Shown here: piece after piece, positions 38,556-47,836 of the stretch
How the letters are laid out: each line of letters opens with the position of its first letter
Numbering within the stretch: the stretch's first letter is position 1
DNA from: Cyanobacteriota bacterium
GTDB lineage: Bacteria; Cyanobacteriota; Vampirovibrionia; JBFMGH01
NCBI GenBank assembly: GCA_040752795.1
Contig: JBFMGH010000264.1
Coordinates: 37,978-101,977, forward strand
Length of the DNA: 64,000 nt
Reading direction: 5' to 3'
Translations under genes and position numbers: made by a program
The notes under the pieces: model-generated
The model's input: only the letters and a program-made list of their open reading frames with translations
Database searches by the model: none
What the model was told of the DNA's origin: nothing

Positions 38556-39923
38556 ATGAAATTTCACTGGCAAGTATTAGTAGCATTAGGTTTAGGCGCT
38601 AAAAGAAACTGGCATATTTTCTTTGCTTTATTTGCAGGTATCATAGTAGGTGCATTGCTAGGCTGGAAAATACCTATTGAGCAAGGTGTTGAGCCACAAA
38701 ATGCTCATATTATTTATCAAATACTATATGTAGTTGGTGAAATCTTTATCAGACTAATTGAAATGATAGTAATACCTCTGGTAGTATCATCGCTTATTGT
38801 AGGTATAGCGAGCCTGGGAGATGGAAAGCAATTAGGCCGCTTAGGTGGAAAAGTTATATTCTTTTTTATTCTTACTACTGCAATTGCTGCAATTATAGGA
38901 GCTTCTTTGGCTCTTTTAACCAAGCCCGGTATATATGTTAGAGATGCAATAAAAGAGTTTAGCGGGCATCAATATGATCTTGTTCAGGAAAAAGCCTGGG
39001 AAATACACCAAGAAGACAGAAGCCTTAAAGAAATATTTCTTGATATGATACCTTCTAACCCTGTTAAATCTCTGGCAGAGTCGGAGTTGATTCCGATAAT
39101 AGTTTTTGCAATTATATTTGGTTCTGCACTGACATTTATAGGAGAAACCAATCGACCGGTTTTGGCCTTCTTTGAGGCTGTGTTTGCGGCGACGATGAAG
39201 ATAATGGATTGGGTGATGGTCTGGGCTGTGCCCGGTATCTTTGCCCTTACAGCCAACACAGTAGCACTGGTTGGGGCAAAGGTATTTACGGACATGTCTG
39301 TTTATGTCCTGGTAATTCTACTGGGATTATTAATGCAGTTGTTTATTACTTACCCTCTGCTTTTACACTTTCTTGCAAAAGTCAACTTCTTATCACTATA
39401 TAGGGCAGTAATAGAAGCCATGATGGTTGGTTTTGGTACTGCAAGTTCATCTGCTACCTTACCTGTTACAATAGCCTGTGCAGAAAGAAGAGCTGGTATA
39501 TCTAATCGTGTTTCAAGCTTCGTTTTACCATTAGGTGCAACAATGAACATGGATGGTACAGCATTATTTGAGACTGTAGCGGTTATTTTCCTGGCTCAGG
39601 CTTATGATATAAATATTACTGAACCTGTATCATTATTTATGTTAATTGTTATGGGTATTGTTGCTTCAATTGCAGCTGCTGGTGTTCCTTCTGCGGGCCT
39701 GGTAACTATGTCTCTGGTGCTAAGCTCAGTTGGAGGCTTCTCTCCTGGAGATATAGTTTCTGGAATTGCGTTTATATGGATCATAGACAGGTTCTTAGAT
39801 ATGTGCAGGACAGTAGTTAACATTACATCTGACACCGTTGTTGCAACAATTATTGCTTCTTCCGAAGGTGAACTTGACTATGACTTATTAAATAATCAGG
39901 AAGTTTGGAAAGATGTTGTTTAA
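38556..39923 (+). CDS. Dicarboxylate/amino acid:cation symporter (DAACS, GltP/GltT-like)
   Basis: 455 aa. The conserved SSATLP motif (GTASSSATLPVTIACAE) and the hairpin/TM pattern fit the glutamate/aspartate or C4-dicarboxylate symporter family. Confidence 0.85.
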   Translation: MKFHWQVLVALGLGAKRNWHIFFALFAGIIVGALLGWKIPIEQGVEPQNAHIIYQILYVVGEIFIRLIEMIVIPLVVSSLIVGIASLGDGKQLGRLGGKVIFFFILTTAIAAIIGASLALLTKPGIYVRDAIKEFSGHQYDLVQEKAWEIHQEDRSLKEIFLDMIPSNPVKSLAESELIPIIVFAIIFGSALTFIGETNRPVLAFFEAVFAATMKIMDWVMVWAVPGIFALTANTVALVGAKVFTDMSVYVLVILLGLLMQLFITYPLLLHFLAKVNFLSLYRAVIEAMMVGFGTASSSATLPVTIACAERRAGISNRVSSFVLPLGATMNMDGTALFETVAVIFLAQAYDINITEPVSLFMLIVMGIVASIAAAGVPSAGLVTMSLVLSSVGGFSPGDIVSGIAFIWIIDRFLDMCRTVVNITSDTVVATIIASSEGELDYDLLNNQEVWKDVV

Positions 39924-40152
39924 TATGGGGAGATGACAAATTAATAAGAGTTATTCTAAAAAAATTATTATTGGTTTATTACTTTTAAATTTAATTATTT
40001 CCTTCTCTATACATAAAGCTTCTGCTCAAACAGAACTGAATGCTGTTAAGAGTGTTTATAGCCTTTTCCCTTTTGGTGGCAAGAAAAAAGAAAAAACTAA
40101 GAACATTGAAATTCCTTCAACTGATTCTGATGAGACGTCAGAAGATAATAAA

Positions 40153-40824
40153 TTGGAAGATGATTCTGATGCTTCTCAACAACAAAACTCTGAAATGCTT
40201 GATTTAAATAAAAGGTCAGATGCTGTAGAACATTATAATGCCGGGGTTGATTTTTATAGAGATAAAAATTATAAAGATGCTGTTAAAGAATTCCAGGCTG
40301 CTTTAAGTTTAGAACCAGAGTTATTAGAAGCTAAAAGTAATATGGCTATGACTTACTCTAAAATGGGTAAACATAAAGAAGCAATATCTTCATTTAAAAG
40401 TGTTTTAACTGAGCGACCTAATCATGTTATATCTATTAATGGCCTTGCAGATGCTTACTTTAAAACAGGTCAAATTGATGCAGCCATAGAACAATGGAAC
40501 TTATTGCTTGATATTGATCCTGGATATGACCTTGCTCATTACAATATTGGAACATCTTTTCAGAGGAAAAAAGAATTTGAAAAAGCTGTAGAGGAATATA
40601 AAAAAGCTATAAATATTAACCCTTCTTTTGCTGAGGCTTACTACAATCTTGCAACCATTTTTGAAGCACAAAATGATTTTGAAAATGCTTACTTAATGTA
40701 TCAGAAAGCTGCAATGATTAATATGAGAGCTAGTTTTGCCGAAAAAGCTATGAAAAAAGCGACCAAGCTTGAAGAAATTCTTAGAAAACAAAATAAGAAA
40801 CAGAAGAAAAAAGAATCAAAATAA
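40153..40824 (+). CDS. TPR-repeat protein (TTG start as given). An in-frame upstream segment encodes a signal-peptide-like sequence
   Basis: There are four to five TPR units (AVEHYNAGVDFYRDKNYKDAVKEFQAAL...) and a Lys-rich C-terminal tail. Confidence 0.6.
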   Translation: MEDDSDASQQQNSEMLDLNKRSDAVEHYNAGVDFYRDKNYKDAVKEFQAALSLEPELLEAKSNMAMTYSKMGKHKEAISSFKSVLTERPNHVISINGLADAYFKTGQIDAAIEQWNLLLDIDPGYDLAHYNIGTSFQRKKEFEKAVEEYKKAININPSFAEAYYNLATIFEAQNDFENAYLMYQKAAMINMRASFAEKAMKKATKLEEILRKQNKKQKKKESK

Positions 40825-40839
40825 GGTGGTGTAAATCTT

Positions 40840-41967
40840 TTGCAAATATTATCGAATATCCAGAAAAACCTGGCTAGTGTAGTTGTTTTTAATAGGTTTT
40901 TTTCTCTTTCATTATTAATAGTTTTATTGATATACTTTGCCCAAATTACCTATGAAACCAATGTTGTAACAATTGGGTTACTTATATTTGCTACTGTAAT
41001 ACTTCTATTTAACCTATTATTAATTGAAATAGTAGGTCAAATAATACGTAAAAAGTCTATTTTAACTAATGAAATTTGCCTGTGGCTTGGTAAAGTTATA
41101 ACAATATCAACTACAGTTGTTGTTACAATAACAACTATTGCTACTGGAAACTTACATGTAGCGGGCTTTTTTACTATTCCTATAATTATATCAGCTTTTT
41201 TAGCCGATGGATTTCTCAATAAAATAGGTATTTTTTCTATTGTTTTCTCATTGATATACTACCATTCGACCCTGTTAACTAATCAAATATTTATTAATAA
41301 CCTTGTTTTTTATGATCCCTCTGCTATTGTATGTGCTGGAAATATTCTATGCATAATTTTGCTGGCTGGAATAATTGTTAATAAAACAAAACAAACAAGT
41401 CAAAAAGCTAATATACTTCAATCAATGGCTACTACTGATGTACTTACCGGATTAATTAACCGTAGATATTTTGATAGAAGAATTACGGAAGAAGTTTCTC
41501 GTTCTAAAAGGCATAGTACAAACTTAACTTTAGCACTATTTGATATTGATCACTTTAAGCGTATTAATGATACATATGGGCATACTATTGGAGACAAAAT
41601 TTTAAAAGAGCTAGGTGAGCTTGTCTTAAACAATACAAGGGAATCAGATATCTCAGCCCGATATGGAGGAGAAGAATTTGCACTTATTCTTCCGGAAACT
41701 ACACAGATGGAAGCTTCTGATTTACTTGAACGTCTCAGACAACTTATTGAAGGGCATACGTTTAATAAGGATGATGTACCAGTAATAGTAACTGTTAGCG
41801 TTGGAATTGCCCAATTTGATTATGAAGATTCAATAGAAGACTTTATTGAAAAAGCAGATGCCTCATTGTATCAGGCAAAAAGAACAGGTAGAAATAAAGT
41901 AGTATTTGGTACCTTTACTACTCCAAAATTAAATCTTCAAAAAGCCAATAATTATCAGAATGTATAA
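40840..41967 (+). CDS. Membrane-bound diguanylate cyclase (GGDEF domain)
   Basis: About 6 N-terminal TM helices precede a GGDEF domain with an intact RYGGEEF active site and an RxxD-region (RESD). Confidence 0.85.
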   Translation: MQILSNIQKNLASVVVFNRFFSLSLLIVLLIYFAQITYETNVVTIGLLIFATVILLFNLLLIEIVGQIIRKKSILTNEICLWLGKVITISTTVVVTITTIATGNLHVAGFFTIPIIISAFLADGFLNKIGIFSIVFSLIYYHSTLLTNQIFINNLVFYDPSAIVCAGNILCIILLAGIIVNKTKQTSQKANILQSMATTDVLTGLINRRYFDRRITEEVSRSKRHSTNLTLALFDIDHFKRINDTYGHTIGDKILKELGELVLNNTRESDISARYGGEEFALILPETTQMEASDLLERLRQLIEGHTFNKDDVPVIVTVSVGIAQFDYEDSIEDFIEKADASLYQAKRTGRNKVVFGTFTTPKLNLQKANNYQNV

Positions 41968-41983
41968 AGCCGAGGTAAAAAAA

Positions 41984-42331
41984 ATGCTTAATAAGAGAGA
42001 ATTAGTTTTATTAATATCACTGGTATTTTGTGCAGGGTTTATATTTTCAGATTTTACTAAACCAAGACCTATTGAAGCAGAGGTTACTAATATTGTTTAT
42101 GATACTTTAAACAAGAAAATTATTGACCTTAATACAAATTTGGATAGGTTGACCTCTCGTGTTAATAGTTTAGAATCAAGAATTGAACAAAAAGATACCA
42201 GGATAGAAACAATAGCAAAAACAGTTAAGGCATTAAATAGTGTATCCCTTGATTTAACTAAGGATATATCTTTTCTGCGTAATGAAGTTAGTACTATTAA
42301 GGCAATGCAATCTGCTAAGGATTCACAGTAA
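41984..42331 (+). CDS. Small membrane-anchored coiled-coil protein (FtsB/DivIC-like architecture)
   Basis: The RBS gaggt lies 7 nt before ATG 41984. It has an N-terminal TM helix (LVLLISLVFCAGFIF) and a heptad coiled coil (LDRLTSRVNSLESRIEQKDTRIETIAKTV). Confidence 0.4.
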   Translation: MLNKRELVLLISLVFCAGFIFSDFTKPRPIEAEVTNIVYDTLNKKIIDLNTNLDRLTSRVNSLESRIEQKDTRIETIAKTVKALNSVSLDLTKDISFLRNEVSTIKAMQSAKDSQ

Positions 42332-42510
42332 GGCTGTAAAACAAAAAAATATTATAGATTAACTTGAAACATCTCGATATAATTTGAATCGATGTATATT
42401 TTAGTTTTATATAGATGTGTTTAGAGTTACTGTTAAGTATTCTTAAAAAACTCGACCTATTGAAACATAAATTCTATGATTGTATTGAAGTAGTGAGGTC
42501 GGGTTTGCAC

Positions 42511-42873
42511 ATGTATAAAACGGATTCAAATAAATTAAATAACGAGAAACAACTTTTGTCTCATAAAAATTCTCTTATGGACATGCAAAAAGACTTATCT
42601 TTTAAACATAAACAAGTTAAAGATCTTGTTTCTGATTTGTATTATGAGGTAAATAAAAAAAGCTTTTTATTAGAAGATGAAACAATAGAAGATTCTCAAA
42701 GATCTATGTTAAAATACGATTTCACCCTCACTAAAAGAGAACTGGAGAAAGCAATATTTGAAAAAGAACTATTATGTAAAGACTTGAATATACTCCAGAC
42801 CAGATTAAAGACTATAGAAAATGAAATCATTAAATCAAAACCTTGGTGGTACAGATATTTTAGGCCTATATAA
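42511..42873 (+). CDS. Small cytoplasmic coiled-coil protein, hypothetical
   Basis: The RBS gaggt is upstream of ATG 42511, and the sequence is predicted helical/coiled coil. The longer ORF from 42415 lacks an RBS. Confidence 0.35.
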   Translation: MYKTDSNKLNNEKQLLSHKNSLMDMQKDLSFKHKQVKDLVSDLYYEVNKKSFLLEDETIEDSQRSMLKYDFTLTKRELEKAIFEKELLCKDLNILQTRLKTIENEIIKSKPWWYRYFRPI

Positions 42874-43624
42874 TAAGTTAGGATTAAAACCTGACCAGAA
42901 AATTGTTGCTGTTTGGGGATATCCAGACCCCTGTAAATTAAGTGAAATATTGAAACAGTTTCCTGGGCACCTTCTTGTTGACTTGGATATATGTTATGAT
43001 GCACCTGAATCAAAAGTGTTGCCTGAAAACTATTGTCAAATAATAACTAACATTATAGACAATGCTCTAGTTTTAAGAGATAAAATAGATATTATAGTTG
43101 CCTCTGTCGGCGAAGAAAAGTGTGATCAGGGTAGATTCGCTGCATATTTATTAGAACATATGGGTTTGAATGTTGTAAAAACTAAAATTACTAAATTGAT
43201 AGTGCCACCGGTTAAACCTTTAATTGCTACCAGTCAATTGCCTTTAAAGGAAAAGGTGTTGTTGATTATGGATTCAATGTTGAATCCTGATTTGCTCCAA
43301 CACAAAAGTATTACAACTTGCAGTCCTACTCATGGTTTCTGGGGAGTGCCCCCAAATGATTTAAGTCTTTTAGATCTTTTTCCAGATACAACACATGTTT
43401 ATGGCTGGACAAGGTGTGTGGAAATGAAGTGCCCTACAGATATTGAGTTAGAAATGTTTGTTGATAAATCTATACCAACTGTTTTTTTTGCGCAAACTTT
43501 TTGTGCCAAAATGCAATTGGCGAAATATTTAGCTCAAAAACACGAAGGCCTTTATGTAGATATTGATGACTATATGAGTGTTTCTGTAAGGGCTAAGATA
43601 GAAGCTTTTTTGAGGTTATCGTAG
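42821..43624 (+). CDS. Hypothetical protein (267 aa), Cys-containing, function unknown
   Basis: The ORF overlaps the upstream gene by 53 nt in another frame. I see no recognisable motif, and the start is uncertain. Confidence 0.4.
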   Translation: MKSLNQNLGGTDILGLYNKLGLKPDQKIVAVWGYPDPCKLSEILKQFPGHLLVDLDICYDAPESKVLPENYCQIITNIIDNALVLRDKIDIIVASVGEEKCDQGRFAAYLLEHMGLNVVKTKITKLIVPPVKPLIATSQLPLKEKVLLIMDSMLNPDLLQHKSITTCSPTHGFWGVPPNDLSLLDLFPDTTHVYGWTRCVEMKCPTDIELEMFVDKSIPTVFFAQTFCAKMQLAKYLAQKHEGLYVDIDDYMSVSVRAKIEAFLRLS

Positions 43625-43634
43625 AAAAAACCTC

Positions 43635-44237
43635 TTATAATCTGTTTAGGCAATTGATGATTTCTTTTTTCCAGTCGTCATTTTTCTCTACAAAAGAGGT
43701 TGCCCCATGATTCAGGCAATATTCAACGCTTGATGCTTCTGCTATTCCAGACATTACTATAATCTTTGTTTCTAGATTTTCCATGTCAATTTTTTCTTTT
43801 ATAGAATGCAGCAAATAATAGCCATCCTCTTTTTCAGGAAGGTGTAAATCCATTAAGACATACTTGAAGGGTGTTGATTTAAATAGAGAAATGGCCTCCG
43901 GAGCACTTCTTGCTAGAGAAACTTTATATCCCATCTTTGAAAGTAATATACTTAACTGGTAGGTAACCATTACAAGGTCATCAACTACTAATATAGATAT
44001 TTTTTCTTTTGTTTCTATTTGAGATTTTTTTAAAGGCTCTAGGGATAAAAGGTCTCTAATGGATTCAAATTCTTCTTTCTCTTGATTTTTAAGAGCTGAT
44101 AGTTTTTCTTGTATTGTGAGTATTAGTTGTTGAAATTCTTCTTCTGTAGGAGGGGCAGAGTGTCTGACTCCGACTATTTTAAAAAGTTCGTTTATTAATT
44201 TATAAGAAACTTCCACATTTTTAGGGATATTTCCCAT
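43635..44237 (-). CDS. Orphan response regulator: N-terminal coiled-coil region plus a C-terminal receiver (REC) domain, with no output domain
   Basis: The REC signature is present: ILVVDD...(phospho-acceptor D in VLMDLHLPEKEDG)...KIIVMSG...K. No DNA-binding domain is present. Confidence 0.75.
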   Translation of the reverse strand: MGNIPKNVEVSYKLINELFKIVGVRHSAPPTEEEFQQLILTIQEKLSALKNQEKEEFESIRDLLSLEPLKKSQIETKEKISILVVDDLVMVTYQLSILLSKMGYKVSLARSAPEAISLFKSTPFKYVLMDLHLPEKEDGYYLLHSIKEKIDMENLETKIIVMSGIAEASSVEYCLNHGATSFVEKNDDWKKEIINCLNRL

Positions 44238-44325
44238 TTTAGACCTCTAATAAGCTAATAGTATTATTAATTTAATCATAACTTTTTGTGGCTATTATCG
44301 CAACAACTTTTACTCTTGATAGCTT

Positions 44326-44356
44326 AAAGCCCCCTTGTGAAGTTTTTAGGGGGCTT
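44326..44356. terminator. GC-rich stem-loop (aaagccccc / gggggcttt) downstream of rpmA. Probable terminator of the rplU-rpmA operon
   Basis: A 9-bp perfect GC-rich stem is striking in an AT-rich context. The flanking U-tract is weak on both strands. Confidence 0.45.
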
Positions 44357-44430
44357 TAATAATTATTAAAATCAGTAGAATCATTTTTGTTAAGTGTCTT
44401 AAAGCTAAATTATTTAGATAAAAACATTAA

Positions 44431-44685
44431 CTATTCAGCGTATACGCTAACTTGTTTGCGTTCTTTATCATAGATTTCGTATTTAACTTTACCGTCTATA
44501 AGAGCGAATAGTGTATGATCTCTGCCTACTCCGACATTGTTGCCCGGGTGAATTTTAGTACCTCTTTGGCGGACTAAAATGTTGCCGGAGACAACTACTT
44601 CGCCATCATATTTTTTGACGCCAAGTCTTTTGGATACACTATCCCGACCGTTTTTTGTTGAGCCTACGCCCTTCTTATGAGCCAT
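44431..44685 (-). CDS. rpmA: 50S ribosomal protein L27
   Basis: [16 protein letters not shown]...[10 protein letters not shown]. It is near-universal L27 sequence and length. Confidence 0.95.
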   Translation of the reverse strand: MAHKKGVGSTKNGRDSVSKRLGVKKYDGEVVVSGNILVRQRGTKIHPGNNVGVGRDHTLFALIDGKVKYEIYDKERKQVSVYAE

Positions 44686-44717
44686 TTATCTTCACCTCTT
44701 TATTTTGAGTTAGTTTC

Positions 44718-45335
44718 TTATTCTTTATTTTCTTCTTGTGTTTCAGAAATTACTTCCTGTGTTGTTTCTTTTTCTTCTTCAATAACTTCTTGTGTTATTT
44801 CAACTTCTTTTACTTCTTCAGTTATTTCAGTTTTTGTTTCTTCTTTTATTTCTGGTTTTTTATGTTCTACTTTAGCTTCTTTTTTAGGTTTAGCAGTTTT
44901 TTTAGCTTCTTTTTTTGCTATTCTTTTTTCTTTAGCTTTTTGCAGTTTAGCTTCTTGTTCTTCTTTTACTTTTGCTTCTTTTTCGTCTATTTCTTTAGCA
45001 TAGTTTAAAGTTTCTTCTTTGTTAGGAAATTCGATGTTTTCAATTAAAACTCTTGTAAAATCTTGTCTATGTCCTTGTTTAACACGATATCCTTTTTTCT
45101 GTCTCATTTTAAAGGTGATAACTTTTTTATTTTTACCATGCCTGAGAATTTTACCTTTAATGGAAGCACCTTCTACGTAAGGTTGACCTATTTGAGAATA
45201 TTCTCCTGCTACTATAGCTACTACTTTTTCTAAATTTACTTCGCTATCAGGATTAGCGTCTATGAGGTCAACATCAATGTATTTGCCTTCCTCTACTTGA
45301 TATTGTTTTCCACTTGTTTCAACTACAGCATACAT
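44718..45335 (-). CDS. rplU: 50S ribosomal protein L21 with a ~100-aa Lys/Glu-rich C-terminal extension
   Basis: The N-terminal 103 aa are canonical L21 (MYAVVETSGKQYQVEEG...KGYRVKQGHRQDFTRVLI). They are followed by a KEEQEAKLQKAKEKR... charged low-complexity tail that makes the protein 205 aa. Confidence 0.9.
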   Translation of the reverse strand: MYAVVETSGKQYQVEEGKYIDVDLIDANPDSEVNLEKVVAIVAGEYSQIGQPYVEGASIKGKILRHGKNKKVITFKMRQKKGYRVKQGHRQDFTRVLIENIEFPNKEETLNYAKEIDEKEAKVKEEQEAKLQKAKEKRIAKKEAKKTAKPKKEAKVEHKKPEIKEETKTEITEEVKEVEITQEVIEEEKETTQEVISETQEENKE

Positions 45336-45703
45336 GTTTCATTTCCTTTATAATTTTTAATTTAAATTTATGTACTGATTTACGACGTTCAAAGCTGAAT
45401 GCAACCTAATATAACAACATAAAAATTCTGTGTCAACTAATAATATTATAGCTCTTTACGTTTTGAGGCCTGTTGTTAAGTAGCCGTTTCCAAAAATCAC
45501 GTGTTTATAAAAATTAATTTCAAATGAAGGCAGAATAAATCCTTTTTTATTTTATTGTTTTAGATTATGAAATAATCTGATTAAATATCTATAATTTATT
45601 AAAATATCTCTCTTCATAATTTATATTTTTTATATGATTTTCTATATGAATAAAATTGAAATAATGTTAGATAACACAATGATTTAAATTAGATTTTATT
45701 ATT

Positions 45704-46438
45704 ATGCAAAACAACAATTCTGTTTATTTATCAATGATAATTCCGGCTTTTAATGAAGAGTTTAGGCTACCTTCTACACTGGATTCTATTTTTGAATATT
45801 TAGATAAGCAGGATTATACATATGAAATTATAGTTGTTGATGATGGAAGCATTGATAAGACAGCCTCTTTGGTGGAGCAGAATCCTAATTATCCTGAAAA
45901 AATTAAGTTAATTAAGCATTCAACTAATCATGGCAAAGGTTATGCAGTAAGAAAAGGTGTTGAATCTGCTATCGGAAATTTTATAATATTTAATGATGCT
46001 GATGGAGCTACACCAGTTGAAGAAATAGAAAAACTTCAACAAGCTATTAATAACGGTGCTGATATTGCAATAGCCTCCAGAGCTTTGAGAGAATCAACTG
46101 TTGAAGATCTCTGGTATAGAAAAATTATGGGTATTATGTTTAATAAACTAATAAAAGTTATTATTCTTAGAGGTATACAGGATACCCAATGTGGATTTAA
46201 GCTTTTCAAAGCTGATTGTGCTAAAAAAATTTTTAGCAAATTAATATTAGTTGGATTTAGTTTTGATGTAGAGGTTTTATTTTTAGCTAAAAAAATGGGT
46301 TATAAAGTCACTGAAGTTCCAGTATGCTGGAAAGCTATACCTGGAACGAAAATAAATCCTTTTCTTGATTCTCCTGTAATGTTTTTAGGTGTTGTTAAAA
46401 TTAAACTGATGGATTTACTGGGTAAATATAAAATTTAA
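45704..46438 (+). CDS. GT2-family glycosyltransferase (polyprenyl-phosphate sugar synthase, DPM1/ArnC-like)
   Basis: LSMIIPAFNEE...VVDDGSIDKT...DADG motifs at about 244 aa. Membership of the soluble GT-A DPM1/GtrB-like family is inferred from the motifs and length. Confidence 0.8.
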   Translation: MQNNNSVYLSMIIPAFNEEFRLPSTLDSIFEYLDKQDYTYEIIVVDDGSIDKTASLVEQNPNYPEKIKLIKHSTNHGKGYAVRKGVESAIGNFIIFNDADGATPVEEIEKLQQAINNGADIAIASRALRESTVEDLWYRKIMGIMFNKLIKVIILRGIQDTQCGFKLFKADCAKKIFSKLILVGFSFDVEVLFLAKKMGYKVTEVPVCWKAIPGTKINPFLDSPVMFLGVVKIKLMDLLGKYKI

Positions 46439-46536
46439 TATTTAGATTATTTAATCGGTTAATTTTATTTCTGTTCGTTTTAAAATTCCTATTAGAAACA
46501 AAAGAAAACAAAACTAAGGTATATGAGGTATAAACT

Positions 46537-47835
46537 ATGAAAATAGCTGTTCTGGGTGGAGGGATGTCAGGCATAACTGTAGCTAGACAGCTTCAAGAAA
46601 AAAATCATGAGGTACACCTTTTTGAGGCAAGGTCTGAGTTGGGTGGCTTGTGTCGTTCTAGAATTGTTGATGGTTTCGTTTATGATCTTGGTGGGGGGCA
46701 TATAGTAAATTCTAAGAATAACAAAATTTTAAATTTGATACTTGATGAGTTAGGCCAGGATCTCTGGTATAAGCATGAGCGAAATGCAAAAATATTCTTT
46801 AAAGGATCATATGTAAAATATCCTTTTGAAAATGGTTTAGATGATTTGCCAAAAGAAGATAATTTTGAATGTTTGCTGGGCTACATTAACGCTCATTTTG
46901 ATCGTAAGTTTTTGCGCAAATCTGCCCCTCATAATTTTTATGACTGGATACTTTACAGGTTTGGAATTGGTATTGCGGAAGCTTATATGATTCCCTATAA
47001 CCAGAAAGTCTGGAATTATAACCTTAAACATATGGGTACAAACTGGATAGATGAAAGAGTCCCTCTTGCACAGGTTGAAGATGTTATTAAAGCTTCTATA
47101 GGTATAGCTACAGAAGGTCATAAACATCAATCACAATTTTATTATCCAAAAAAAGGCGGATTTCAAACTGTTGTAGATGCGTTCGCTAAACCATTAGAAA
47201 CTATTCATCTTTCTAGCCCTGTTGTATCACTTGAGAATTCAAAAGGGAAGTGGATTATTAATGGTTTTGAGGAGTTTGATGATGTTATATCTACTTTACC
47301 AATGCAGGATCTTCCTAAAATTGTAAGTAATATTCCTCCTTTTGTATCAGCTACACTTGATTCGATCTGGTATAATGGTGTTGTTACGGTATTGATTGGC
47401 CTTAAAAAGCCATTTAATCATAATTATTCCTGGCTGTTTTTACCTAATAAAGAAAATGGGCCGTCTCACAGGTTGACTTTTATGTCTAATTATAGTGAGT
47501 TTAATGCACCTAAAGGGTGTTCGTCTATTATTGCAGAAATAACTTATAAGGCTAAAACAATACCAGAAAGAGAAGATATTGTTGTTTCTGATTTAATTAA
47601 ATTTTTGCATAATTCTGAAATTATTGATAAAGAAGATATCATTGTTACAGATAGCACTTTCTTTAAATATGCATATCCTGTTTACGGATTAAAATTTCAT
47701 GAATTTACAAGGATTATTAATAACTATCTGAATGAAATTAAGCTGAAATCGTTTGGTAGATTTGCCAGTCACTCTTACTGGAATATTGACCGCATTGTTG
47801 AAGAGTCTATTATGTTTGTTGATCAATGGTATTAA
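46537..47835 (+). CDS. FAD-dependent oxidoreductase (amine-oxidase / UDP-galactopyranose-mutase-like Rossmann flavoprotein)
   Basis: The N-terminal dinucleotide-binding motif KIAVLGGGMSGITVARQL...HLFEARSELGG fits this class. The substrate is unknown. Confidence 0.65.
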   Translation: MKIAVLGGGMSGITVARQLQEKNHEVHLFEARSELGGLCRSRIVDGFVYDLGGGHIVNSKNNKILNLILDELGQDLWYKHERNAKIFFKGSYVKYPFENGLDDLPKEDNFECLLGYINAHFDRKFLRKSAPHNFYDWILYRFGIGIAEAYMIPYNQKVWNYNLKHMGTNWIDERVPLAQVEDVIKASIGIATEGHKHQSQFYYPKKGGFQTVVDAFAKPLETIHLSSPVVSLENSKGKWIINGFEEFDDVISTLPMQDLPKIVSNIPPFVSATLDSIWYNGVVTVLIGLKKPFNHNYSWLFLPNKENGPSHRLTFMSNYSEFNAPKGCSSIIAEITYKAKTIPEREDIVVSDLIKFLHNSEIIDKEDIIVTDSTFFKYAYPVYGLKFHEFTRIINNYLNEIKLKSFGRFASHSYWNIDRIVEESIMFVDQWY

Positions 47836-47836
47836 T

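Noticed and set aside
44677-45008. Two plus-strand ORFs (108 and 90 aa) full of Phe/Ser/Cys.
   Set aside because: They are antisense to the AAG/GAA-rich coding sequence of the L21 C-terminal tail. Their low-complexity translation is an artefact.
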